Below, piece by piece: positions 9,613 through 17,481 of a stretch of DNA of 32,000 nt. Within the stretch, counting starts at the first letter, position 1; every line of letters starts with the position of its first letter. Source of the stretch: Breznakia sp. PF5-3 (lineage in GTDB: Bacteria; Bacillota_I; Bacilli_A; Erysipelotrichales; Erysipelotrichaceae); assembly GCF_029504745.1 (NCBI RefSeq), contig NZ_JAQFIQ010000025.1:1-32000 (forward strand). Reading direction: 5' to 3'. A model generated the notes under the pieces. The model made no database searches. It was not told the DNA's origin and saw only the letters and a program-made list of their open reading frames with translations. A program made the position numbers and the translations under genes.

Positions 9613-9640
9613 TATATACTATACCTTTATAGGATGTCAA
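9613..9640 (-). promoter_or_regulatory. Putative sigma-A promoter of the deoR-nanE-like-GRE-activase operon
   Basis: The minus strand reads TTGACA (9640..9635), a 16-nt spacer, then TATATA (9618..9613). This would give a very short leader ending at the SD. Confidence 0.45.
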
Positions 9641-9645
9641 ATGCA

Positions 9646-9681
9646 AGTCATTATTAGTCATATTGAGTCATATTAAGTCAT
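9646..9681. repeat. Four direct AGTCAT hexamers with exact 10-bp phasing (candidate DeoR-type operator)
   Basis: AGTCATTATT AGTCATATTG AGTCATATTA AGTCAT, with copies starting at 9646, 9656, 9666 and 9676. They lie just upstream of the minus-strand -35 and 37 bp upstream of the plus-strand T-box promoter. Confidence 0.6.
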
Positions 9682-9717
9682 GTTTTGATTTTGATTTATA
9701 AATTCCTTCAAAATACA

Positions 9718-9746
9718 TTGACACCTAGCCCTCTCTATGATAAATT
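9718..9746 (+). promoter_or_regulatory. Sigma-A promoter of the T-box-controlled ABC transporter operon
   Basis: TTGACA (9718..9723), a 17-nt spacer, then an extended -10 TGaTAAATT (9738..9746). Confidence 0.65.
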
Positions 9747-9754
9747 TTAATAAA

Positions 9755-10023
9755 CCATTGATTGGGAGATAAAACAAAAATAAGTGCTTATAGAGAGTTG
9801 GCCATAGGTGGAAGGCTAATAGAGATGCTGTTTTGTAAATGGACCCATGAGGGCTAGATGAAAGCTGTAATAGTTAGTATTCAAGACGTTCACCTACGTT
9901 ACAGGGTTAAGAATGTGATAGCATTTGAAAGTTGGACTTTTTAGTCAAACAAGGTGGCACCGCATGTGTTTATATACACTTGTCCTTGATGTCTTTTATA
10001 GACGAGGACAAGTGTTTTTTATT
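9755..10023 (+). promoter_or_regulatory. T-box riboswitch leader, specifier UGG (Trp)
   Basis: Stem I has GA (K-turn) motifs TGA 9759..9761 and TGA 9848..9850, and a closing helix TGGG 9763..9766 / CCCA 9844..9847. It has an AGAGAG bulge and a distal loop AGGTGGAA. The specifier loop ends in AAA-TGG-A (TGG 9840..9842). The T-box sequence is AACAAGGTGGCACCGC (about 9948..9963). The terminator is ACACTTGTCCT (9976..9986) / AGGACAAGTGT (10005..10015) followed by T8. Confidence 0.85.
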
Positions 10024-10071
10024 TCACTTCACCAAAATGCATCATCAAACATATATAAGGAGGAAAAGAAA

Positions 10072-11046
10072 ATGAAAAAATTATTATGTTTGGGTTTAAG
10101 CATGTTATTTGTTTTTAGTTTAGTTGGTTGTGGTAATGATGACAGTGGCGATGATAAAGCGTTTAAGGTTGGTATCGTACAAATTGTTGAGCATCCTTCA
10201 TTGGACACGATTCGTGAAGCAACAGAAAAACAATTAAAAACATATGATGGAAAAATCGAAGTATTATACGAAAATGCTGGTGGAGATCAAAGTATGTTAA
10301 ATACCATCTGCCAACAATTTAAAGAGCAAGACGTAGATGTGATTATTGCAATTGCTACACCAAGTGCTCAAGCTGCAGCAAACTTCTCAGATGAAATTCC
10401 AGTGGTTTTCTCAGCAGTAAGTGATCCAGTTGGTGCTGGTTTAGTTAAAGATTTAGAAAAACTAGATGGAAACATCACTGGAACAAGTGATGAAATCCAA
10501 GTTGACTTAATTATGGACTTAGCAATCGAAATGTACCCAGAAACTAAATCCGTAGGGTTCTTATATAACTCTGGAGAAGCAAATTCAGCTTCTAACCTTG
10601 ATAAATTGAAAGCATATGCAAAAGATAATAATCTTAGTGTTGTTGAAGGCCCTTTTACAAACACGAGTGAAATTCAAGCATCAACACAATCACTCATTGA
10701 TAAAGCAGATATTATTTTTGCACCAAATGATAATAGCGTAGCAAGTGCAATGGATGTCGTATCAAGTCTTACAAAAGATTCAAAAACACCATTGTTTGTA
10801 GGAGCTGATTCAATGGTTGGAGACGGTGGTTTAGCAACCGTAGGTATCAACTATGAAGAACTTGGGAAAGAAACAGGAAACATGGTTATACAAATTTTGG
10901 ATGGAACTTCACCAAGTGATATTCCAGTAAAAGTTTTTAAAGAAGACTTAAATGTTTATATTAATACTAGTGTTGCTGAAGCAATTGGCTTTGGTTCAAT
11001 CGATACACTAAAAGAAAATCACAAGGATGTTGTTGAAATAAAATAG
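10072..11046 (+). CDS. ABC transporter substrate-binding lipoprotein (ABC_sub_bind / COG2984 family; TrpX-like)
   Basis: The true start is ATG 10072 (AAGGAGG 8 nt upstream). The track ORF from 9925 runs through the T-box terminator. The signal peptide has a lipobox (MKKLLCLGLSMLFVFSLVGC). KVGIVQIVEHPSLD is typical of COG2984 binding proteins. Confidence 0.8.
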   Translation: MKKLLCLGLSMLFVFSLVGCGNDDSGDDKAFKVGIVQIVEHPSLDTIREATEKQLKTYDGKIEVLYENAGGDQSMLNTICQQFKEQDVDVIIAIATPSAQAAANFSDEIPVVFSAVSDPVGAGLVKDLEKLDGNITGTSDEIQVDLIMDLAIEMYPETKSVGFLYNSGEANSASNLDKLKAYAKDNNLSVVEGPFTNTSEIQASTQSLIDKADIIFAPNDNSVASAMDVVSSLTKDSKTPLFVGADSMVGDGGLATVGINYEELGKETGNMVIQILDGTSPSDIPVKVFKEDLNVYINTSVAEAIGFGSIDTLKENHKDVVEIK

Positions 11047-11058
11047 AAAGAGGTTTAT

Positions 11059-11997
11059 ATGAGTCTTAATACAATATTGGGAGCAACGGAACTAGGTTTG
11101 ATCTTTGCGATCATGTCCCTAGGAATTTACATTACTTTTAAAATCTTAAACTTTCCTGACTTAACGGTTGACGGAAGCTTTACTTTGGGCTGTGTGGTGA
11201 GTGGCATCTTTGCCATTAACCACCACCCCTTTCTAGGAATCCTTTTTGCAACGCTTGCAGGTTGTTTTGCAGGAATGATGACAGGCTTTCTTCACACCAA
11301 AATGAAAGTTCAATACATCTTAGCTGGAATCATCACAATGACAGGACTATATTCCATAAACTTGAAAATTGGAGGTTCTAAACCTAATTTCTCATTATAT
11401 GGATTTGAGACTATTTTTTCTCACTTTAGAAATTTTTTATCATCTACATTACATATTTCTAATGAAGTCATTTTAAAAAATCATAAACTTATTCTATTAT
11501 TATTAATTTTAATCATCGTTACCACGTTACTTTATTTGTTCTTTAAGACTCAAAGTGGACTTGCTATTCGTGCCACAGGAAATAACGAAGAAATGGTTCG
11601 TGCTTCTTCTATCAATACCGATGCAATGAAGATTGCTGGATTAGCGTTGGCAAATGCATTTGTAGGATTATGCGCCTCTATTTATACCCAACACCAAATG
11701 TTTTATGATATATCGCAAGGGATTGGGATGATGGTAGTCGGTTTAACAAGCATTATTGTTGGCGAGAGTATCTTTGGGAAACGTACGCTTTTAAATAGTT
11801 TTATTTCGTTATCACTAGGAGCTATTTTATATCGTTTACTCCTATCTTATGCTTTATCTTTGGGAATGGATCCAAACGATTGGAAATTGCTTTGTGCTTC
11901 TTTAGTAGCAATCGTGATTTCTTTTCCAACCGTTAAAACCTATATTCAAAAACGCCAAAAGCGAGCAAAAGCAAAAGGAGGTTCTAAATCATGTTAG
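11059..11997 (+). CDS. ABC transporter permease (COG4120 family; TrpY-like)
   Basis: 312-aa polytopic membrane protein. Its start is 12 nt after the SBP stop, and it overlaps the ATPase gene by 7 nt. Confidence 0.8.
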   Translation: MSLNTILGATELGLIFAIMSLGIYITFKILNFPDLTVDGSFTLGCVVSGIFAINHHPFLGILFATLAGCFAGMMTGFLHTKMKVQYILAGIITMTGLYSINLKIGGSKPNFSLYGFETIFSHFRNFLSSTLHISNEVILKNHKLILLLLILIIVTTLLYLFFKTQSGLAIRATGNNEEMVRASSINTDAMKIAGLALANAFVGLCASIYTQHQMFYDISQGIGMMVVGLTSIIVGESIFGKRTLLNSFISLSLGAILYRLLLSYALSLGMDPNDWKLLCASLVAIVISFPTVKTYIQKRQKRAKAKGGSKSC

Positions 11998-12800
11998 ATG
12001 TAGAAAACCTAAGTATTACATTTCATGCTGGAACAGTAAATGAGAAAAAAGCATTAGATAATGTTTCACTACATTTAGATGATGGTGATTTTATAACTAT
12101 CATTGGTAGTAATGGTGCTGGTAAAAGCACATTACTAAACTGCATTAGTGGAACTTATGAGAATGATGAAGGCTATATTGTTTTAGATGGTAAAGAAATC
12201 CAGTTTATGAAAGAACACAAACGCGCCAAGATGATTGGACGATTATTTCAAGACCCATTAAAAGGAAGCGCCCCCGATATGACAATTGAAGAAAATCTTG
12301 GGCTCGCTTATCGACGTGGAAACAGTAAGAATAATCTCTATGAACGTTTCTTAAAAATTGGCTTAACAAAAGATGAAAAAGAATTTATGAAAGAGAAGAT
12401 TAGTCAACTAGACCTTGGTTTAGAAGAACGTTTATCAACAAAGGTTGGATTGTTATCAGGTGGACAGCGTCAAGCATTAACCTTGATGATGTCAACAATC
12501 AATACACCTACCTTATTATTGCTTGATGAACATACAGCTGCACTAGATCCTAAAACAGCAAAAAAAGTAATGGAAATAACAGACCATATTGTACAAGATA
12601 ATAAAATTACTACCATCATGATTACGCATAATATCCAACAAGCTCTAGCATATGGAAACCGAATGGTGGTTATGAGTGAAGGTAAGATTTTGATGGAGTT
12701 CAATAAAGAAGAAAAAGAAAAATTAAGTGTTGAAGAAGTGATGAAAATATATCACAACAAAAGTACACAAGATCTTTCTGATAAAATGATTTTAGATTAA
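11991..12800 (+). CDS. ABC transporter ATP-binding protein (COG1101 family; TrpZ-like)
   Basis: Walker A GSNGAGKST, signature LSGGQRQ, Walker B LLLLDEHTAALD. Confidence 0.85.
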   Translation: MLDVENLSITFHAGTVNEKKALDNVSLHLDDGDFITIIGSNGAGKSTLLNCISGTYENDEGYIVLDGKEIQFMKEHKRAKMIGRLFQDPLKGSAPDMTIEENLGLAYRRGNSKNNLYERFLKIGLTKDEKEFMKEKISQLDLGLEERLSTKVGLLSGGQRQALTLMMSTINTPTLLLLDEHTAALDPKTAKKVMEITDHIVQDNKITTIMITHNIQQALAYGNRMVVMSEGKILMEFNKEEKEKLSVEEVMKIYHNKSTQDLSDKMILD

Positions 12801-12813
12801 TTTTTAACCATAT

Positions 12814-12850
12814 AACGTAAATGAAAATTCATTTACGTTTTTATTTTTCT
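12814..12850 (+). terminator. Intrinsic terminator of the T-box ABC operon
   Basis: AACGTAAATGA (12814..12824) / TCATTTACGTT (12829..12839), followed by TTTTATTTTT. Confidence 0.8.
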
Positions 12851-12902
12851 TCATTTATTGTTCACATAATCCCAGTACTTTTTAAGTAATGGAGGAAATT
12901 AC

Positions 12903-14402
12903 ATGTATATAATAAAAAATGCGATTCGCAATATCTGGCGAACGAAAGGAAAAAACATATTGATTGTAATCATTGTTTTTATCATTGGACTATCATGTTG
13001 TATTGCTTTATCAATCAAACAAGCAGCTCAAAACGCACGCGATACTGGGTTAGATAAGTTAAACATTACAGCAACTATCCAATTCGATCGACAACAAATG
13101 ATGCAAGAGATGCAACCACCTGAAGAAAGTGATGATAGCAGTGCAGAAGACATGCGCGAAAAAATGCGCGATGCAATGGCAAATCAAAACTTAAGTTTAA
13201 AAGAATTACAAACCTATGCTAAAGCAGACAGTGTAAAAGACTTTTATTACACTTCAACAATTTCAATGAACGGAAATGATAATCTTCAAGCGATTAATTC
13301 CAACAATTCTATAGTTACCGAGAGTGGTCCTAGTGGTGAGAGAGAAAGTATTTTCTCCAATAGCGATTTTATGTTAATCGGATATTCTTCTTATGATGCA
13401 ATGAGTGATTTTAATGATGAAACAAAAACTATCAAAGAAGGTGCTTTATTTTCAATGAACAATAAGAATGAAGCTATCATATCTGAAGATTTAGCTACTT
13501 ATAATTCAATAAAATTAAACGATACCATCACTTTGGTAAACCCAAACAATACGAAAGATACACATACTTTAAAAGTTGTTGGTATCTATACAAGTACATC
13601 AGAAAATGGACCAATGATGAGTGATCCAGCAAATCAGATTTATACAAACATAGAAACTACAAATACGATTATTAATGCATCAAGTTTGCTACAAGCAAAC
13701 ATTGATGATGCTACTGAATTAAACGAACAGATTAGTGGAACTTATGTATTCAAGGATATAAAAGCTTATGAAGCATTTGAAAAAGAAGCAAAAGCTTTAG
13801 GTTTGAGTGATGAATATACCATCGAAAGTAATGATGTTGCTCTATATGAACAATCCCTTCAACCCTTAGAAAACCTTGCAAATTATGCAAATACATTCTT
13901 ATATATTATTTTAGTAGTTGGTGGAATCATCCTAATTGTTTTCAATTTACTTCGCATCAAAGAACGTAAATATGAAATTGGAGTATTGAGTGCAATTGGT
14001 ATGAATCGTAAAAAAGTATCTTTTCAATTCATCACTGAATTATTTATCATTACAATGTTCTCAATGCTTTTAGCGATTGGTATAGGAAGTGTTACAAGTG
14101 TTCCTATCACCAACTCTTTATTAGCAAACGAAATAACCAATGACACAATGGAAGCACAGATGCCAGAAGACATGCAAGGTGGTGGAAGAAGTATGCCACA
14201 ACAAAGTGAAACGCTAAGACAAGGTGGACCACAAATGGAAAACAATACAAATTATATTCAAGAAGTATCTAGTGCCACTGACTTTTCAGTTATTATAAAA
14301 CTCTTTGCATTAACAATCATATTAACAATCTTATCTAGTGGGATTGCAACCCTTACCATTCTACGCTATGACCCACTTAAGATTTTATCAAATAGAGAAT
14401 AG
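12903..14402 (+). CDS. ABC transporter permease, FtsX/MacB-type (N-terminal TM, large extracytoplasmic domain, 3 C-terminal TMs)
   Basis: 499 aa. It opens with IKNAIRNIWRTKGKNILIVI, a typical FtsX-family N-terminus, and has the FtsX-domain helices at residues about 332-350, 378-400 and 463-485. Confidence 0.75.
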   Translation: MYIIKNAIRNIWRTKGKNILIVIIVFIIGLSCCIALSIKQAAQNARDTGLDKLNITATIQFDRQQMMQEMQPPEESDDSSAEDMREKMRDAMANQNLSLKELQTYAKADSVKDFYYTSTISMNGNDNLQAINSNNSIVTESGPSGERESIFSNSDFMLIGYSSYDAMSDFNDETKTIKEGALFSMNNKNEAIISEDLATYNSIKLNDTITLVNPNNTKDTHTLKVVGIYTSTSENGPMMSDPANQIYTNIETTNTIINASSLLQANIDDATELNEQISGTYVFKDIKAYEAFEKEAKALGLSDEYTIESNDVALYEQSLQPLENLANYANTFLYIILVVGGIILIVFNLLRIKERKYEIGVLSAIGMNRKKVSFQFITELFIITMFSMLLAIGIGSVTSVPITNSLLANEITNDTMEAQMPEDMQGGGRSMPQQSETLRQGGPQMENNTNYIQEVSSATDFSVIIKLFALTIILTILSSGIATLTILRYDPLKILSNRE

Positions 14403-14411
14403 GAGATCCTT

Positions 14412-15047
14412 ATGAATCAATTAGAACTTAAAAATGTTTGTTTTTCTTATACAGAAGGAAAACCGGTCTTACAGAATATCAACTTAAACTTTCAAAATGG
14501 TAAACTATATGCAATAACTGGTAAATCAGGTGCAGGGAAAACAACCTTACTTTCCATTCTTTCACTCCTTACCAAACCTAGTAGTGGTGAAATATTGTTC
14601 AATGAACAAAACATTAAAGATATGGATCCATATGAATATCGCAGTAAACAAATTGGGGTTATTTTTCAAGCATACAACTTATTACCACAATTAACAGCGA
14701 TCGAAAATGTAGAGTTATCAATGGATATTGCGAATATGAAGAACATTGATAAAGCAAGTCATGCCCAAGCATTACTTGAAAAAGTTGGTCTTAGCGAGGA
14801 TGAAATTCACCGTCCCATATTAAAATTATCAGGGGGACAACAGCAAAGAGTAGCTATTGCAAGAGCCCTCTCTTATGATCCTACTGTAATCCTTGCAGAT
14901 GAACCCACTGGGAACCTTGATAATGATACTGAAAATGATATTCTTAGTATCTTTAAGCAACTAGCCTATGAAGAAAATAAATGTATCATCATTGTTACAC
15001 ATTCAAATAAAGTAGCCAATGTTGCTGATTATTTGTATCGTTTATAG
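14412..15047 (+). CDS. ABC transporter ATP-binding protein (MacB/LolD-like)
   Basis: Walker A GKSGAGKTT, signature LSGGQQQRVAIARAL, Walker B ILADEPTGNLD. It starts 9 nt downstream of the permease. Confidence 0.85.
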   Translation: MNQLELKNVCFSYTEGKPVLQNINLNFQNGKLYAITGKSGAGKTTLLSILSLLTKPSSGEILFNEQNIKDMDPYEYRSKQIGVIFQAYNLLPQLTAIENVELSMDIANMKNIDKASHAQALLEKVGLSEDEIHRPILKLSGGQQQRVAIARALSYDPTVILADEPTGNLDNDTENDILSIFKQLAYEENKCIIIVTHSNKVANVADYLYRL

Positions 15048-15052
15048 TATGA

Positions 15053-15090
15053 AAAAGTAGCTATTATAATTATAATAGCTACTTTTTGTT
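15053..15090. terminator. Bidirectional intrinsic terminator between convergent genes
   Basis: Perfect 16-bp palindrome AAAAGTAGCTATTATA (15053..15068) / TATAATAGCTACTTTT (15071..15086), with T-runs on both strands. Confidence 0.75.
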
Positions 15091-15149
15091 ACCTAGCTTT
15101 TTACTTTTTCGAAGTTTTCATTTTATTCGACCCACATACAGGTAAGTAA

Positions 15150-15689
15150 TTACTCATTAACTTCCATCAAATTATGATTTAAATCCTTAATTTTCTTTTT
15201 TACCCCCCAAAAGCAAGGTGTACTAAGCTTAATTGACCTCCCATCTTGGAATTGAAGAATTGACACATGATAAGAGTTCATTCTTGAAAACAATCCATTA
15301 CCACTATACCTAATATGATTTTTCGCATTTAAGTTAGAACGTTTTTCATCAATATGAGCTAGTTTATTATACGAATATCTCTTTTTTATCAATAATCGTT
15401 TATATACCAGTCCTCTTTCATACAACTCAAGTCTTGTCATTGCTTTATTGATTAACCATAATCCTGTTACTCCAAAAATCACAAGCGGTACATATCTTCC
15501 TATTTCATAAAAATCTGAACCTTCATCAACAAAGTTTATGTTCATTACTACAAACACACCTAGTGCTATAAATCCTACTGCCAACAATAATAATAAAATT
15601 CTACGTGACTTTACTTGATCAATTAAATATCCATATTCATTGTCTTGTACCTTCTTATCGTAGTCTCTTAATGGTGAATATACTTTCAT
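15150..15689 (-). CDS. Hypothetical membrane protein: two-TM hairpin plus basic C-terminal domain (possibly bacterial PH / YdbS-like)
   Basis: 179 aa. The TM helices are ILLLLLAVGFIALGVFVVM and YVPLVIFGVTGLWLINKAM. The following TRLELYERGLVYKRLLIKKRYSYNKLAHID resembles the bPH_2 pattern; this is inference only. A GAGGTG SD lies inside the end of the upstream gene. Confidence 0.6.
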   Translation of the reverse strand: MKVYSPLRDYDKKVQDNEYGYLIDQVKSRRILLLLLAVGFIALGVFVVMNINFVDEGSDFYEIGRYVPLVIFGVTGLWLINKAMTRLELYERGLVYKRLLIKKRYSYNKLAHIDEKRSNLNAKNHIRYSGNGLFSRMNSYHVSILQFQDGRSIKLSTPCFWGVKKKIKDLNHNLMEVNE

Positions 15690-15691
15690 AT

Positions 15692-16393
15692 TTACACCTC
15701 ATAAAATCTTGGTGGAATTACACTAAGATTTGGCATTCTATTTTCTTTTAAATCCTCTGTAAGTAAGCAAGGGATTATTCGTTGTTTAGGAATAAATGTT
15801 TTTGGTAACATTTTCTGACTAACTGTATTTACAGTTACCCACATATCTATACCTTCATTTATTGATTCTGGTAATTTATATGTAAAATATCCTTTTTGAC
15901 TACGAATTCCTTCAGCAATCTTCCTCATATCTCTTGGCACATTTGTTCCATATACAACTTCATGTATTTCTCTTGCTTTTTGATCTATCCATTCAATGTC
16001 ATAACCACGTGTTCTATCCAGCACTACTAATGCCACATATCCTGTAGTTGCATCTCCTGGCGCAAACAATGCGTTAGATGCTTGAACAATCCCTGTATAC
16101 ACGATTGGCGCATTTTCATAAGTATTTCTCCATTTATCTTTTCCAAGCCTTGGCGCTTTCCCTGCAACTTCCATAAAGAACTCACTGTCACTATCTCTAG
16201 GTACACTTCGATATCTATCTAGTTTAGATACATCAATTTGATTTGCTTCATCAAACGAATCCTTTTTTTCTTGTTTTTTATATATAGCCTGTAAATATTC
16301 TTCAACATCATATCCCTGATCTCTCATTTCTTCTAACTGCTCAACACTTAAACTTTCCATATTCTTTTTCATTTGTTTATCAAATAATCCCAT
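15692..16393 (-). CDS. Hypothetical soluble protein (233 aa) with no recognisable motif
   Basis: The track ORF extends to 16453, but the ATG at 16393 is preceded by GAAGGAGG. The product begins MGLFDKQMKK. It has a charged N-terminal ~60 aa followed by a ~170-aa globular region. The stop lies 2 nt before the next gene's start. Confidence 0.65.
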   Translation of the reverse strand: MGLFDKQMKKNMESLSVEQLEEMRDQGYDVEEYLQAIYKKQEKKDSFDEANQIDVSKLDRYRSVPRDSDSEFFMEVAGKAPRLGKDKWRNTYENAPIVYTGIVQASNALFAPGDATTGYVALVVLDRTRGYDIEWIDQKAREIHEVVYGTNVPRDMRKIAEGIRSQKGYFTYKLPESINEGIDMWVTVNTVSQKMLPKTFIPKQRIIPCLLTEDLKENRMPNLSVIPPRFYEV

Positions 16394-16454
16394 TTTATTC
16401 CTCCTTCTATTTAACTTAAATAATCTTTTTTTGCTATTACTAGAGTTAGACAAT

Positions 16455-16464
16455 ATTTATATCA
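16455..16464 (-). promoter_or_regulatory. Putative extended -10 promoter of the orphan two-gene cassette
   Basis: The minus strand reads TGATATAAAT (16464..16455), about 60 nt upstream of ATG 16393. There is no good -35 at 17 nt. Confidence 0.35.
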
Positions 16465-16623
16465 AAAATCTAGCTTTTTCATTTGTAATAGTACACATCG
16501 CTAATATTTTATTGTTATTAAGGATATTTAGAAATTTAAGAAGTATCTAAACTCTTTTCAGCAACCCTTTCTTTTTCTCCAATAAAAGAAAGGATGGAAT
16601 GGCAACACTTTTGTAGACAAATT

Positions 16624-17415
16624 TTATAAGGTCATGTTTTGTCTATATTCCACAGGACTTTGATAACCTAAAGTTGAATGCACTCGCTTATTGTTGAACC
16701 AATATACGTATGCGGATAATTCTTGTTCCAAATTCAGCAATGATGCAAACGTTCTTTCGCGGACGAATTCAGTTTTGATTATTTTGAAATGTGCTTCTGC
16801 AACTGCATTGTCGTATGGATTTCCTTTCCTACTTAAGGATCTGTCAATTCCAAATGTTTCTAATACATTATCGATTAAATAATTATCAAATTCATTACCT
16901 CTATCCGTGTGGAAAATATTGTATTCAAATAGATTTCCTTTGATGCTTAAAAATGCTTGTTTCACAAGTTTTGCATCTTTATATTTCCCACAACTATAAC
17001 CAACAATCTCCCGGTTATACAAATCGATAACTACACAAATGTAATTCCATTGGTTATTCACCCTAACGTACGTTAAATCACTTACTATGACTTCTTTTGG
17101 GTTTCTGTTATCAAATTCTCGATTTACTTTATTTTCTATTTTTGCTTCATTAACAGTTGTCTTATGTACTTTATATTTCTTCACTGTATATACCGATACA
17201 AGTCCATTTTGACGCATAATCCGTGCAATTCTCCTTCTCGAGATACAAATACCTTGTTTCGCTAATGAATGCTTGATTTTCCGTGTTCCATAGACTTTCT
17301 GATTATCATTAAATATTCTAACTACAATATCATTGTAATTATCAACCTTTGCAACCTTATCTTGGTATTTATAATATCCAGATCTCGAAATATTTAATGC
17401 CTTACACATTTTCAC
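16624..17415 (-). CDS. IS3-family transposase OrfB (rve / DDE integrase core)
   Basis: DDE candidates lie in VSDLTYV, HTDRGNEF and DNAVAEA. The C-terminal HSTLGYQSPVEY is typical of IS3. OrfB-like sequence (IKVIRANAHKYSV) continues upstream of the annotated start, back to a TAA at 17455..17457. Confidence 0.8.
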   Translation of the reverse strand: MKMCKALNISRSGYYKYQDKVAKVDNYNDIVVRIFNDNQKVYGTRKIKHSLAKQGICISRRRIARIMRQNGLVSVYTVKKYKVHKTTVNEAKIENKVNREFDNRNPKEVIVSDLTYVRVNNQWNYICVVIDLYNREIVGYSCGKYKDAKLVKQAFLSIKGNLFEYNIFHTDRGNEFDNYLIDNVLETFGIDRSLSRKGNPYDNAVAEAHFKIIKTEFVRERTFASLLNLEQELSAYVYWFNNKRVHSTLGYQSPVEYRQNMTL

Positions 17416-17481
17416 AACTGAATACTTGTGTGCATTTGCTCTGATTACTTTTATTTAGGACGTAATCAGAGCCGCTTGCTT

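Noticed and set aside
9646-9681. Possibility that the AGTCAT array is a CRISPR or minisatellite.
   Set aside because: The units are only 10 bp with 4-nt variable parts, there are just four copies, and no cas genes are present. An operator-like array is the better reading. No CRISPR array is present anywhere in the window.
9925-10071. 49-codon N-terminal extension of the substrate-binding protein ORF.
   Set aside because: It reads through the T-box sequence and its terminator. The true start is ATG 10072, which has a strong SD and a lipoprotein signal peptide.
14112-14288. About 60-aa M/Q/G/P-rich low-complexity loop (EAQMPEDMQGGGRSMPQQSETLRQGGPQMENN) between the last two TM helices of the FtsX permease. 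It echoes an acidic M/Q-rich stretch at residues 64-95.
   Set aside because: The loop looks unusual, but without an alignment I cannot tell whether its length is atypical for this FtsX subfamily. It is likely a disordered extracytoplasmic linker.
16394-16453. 5' extensions of track ORFs: 16453 (orphan protein), 23107 (patatin), 27663 (argH), 29026 (argC), 8108 (GRE, GTG).
   Set aside because: Internal ATGs with strong SDs give N-termini that match family conventions and remove overlaps with upstream genes. Only the GRE start (GTG 8108 versus ATG 8081) is left ambiguous.
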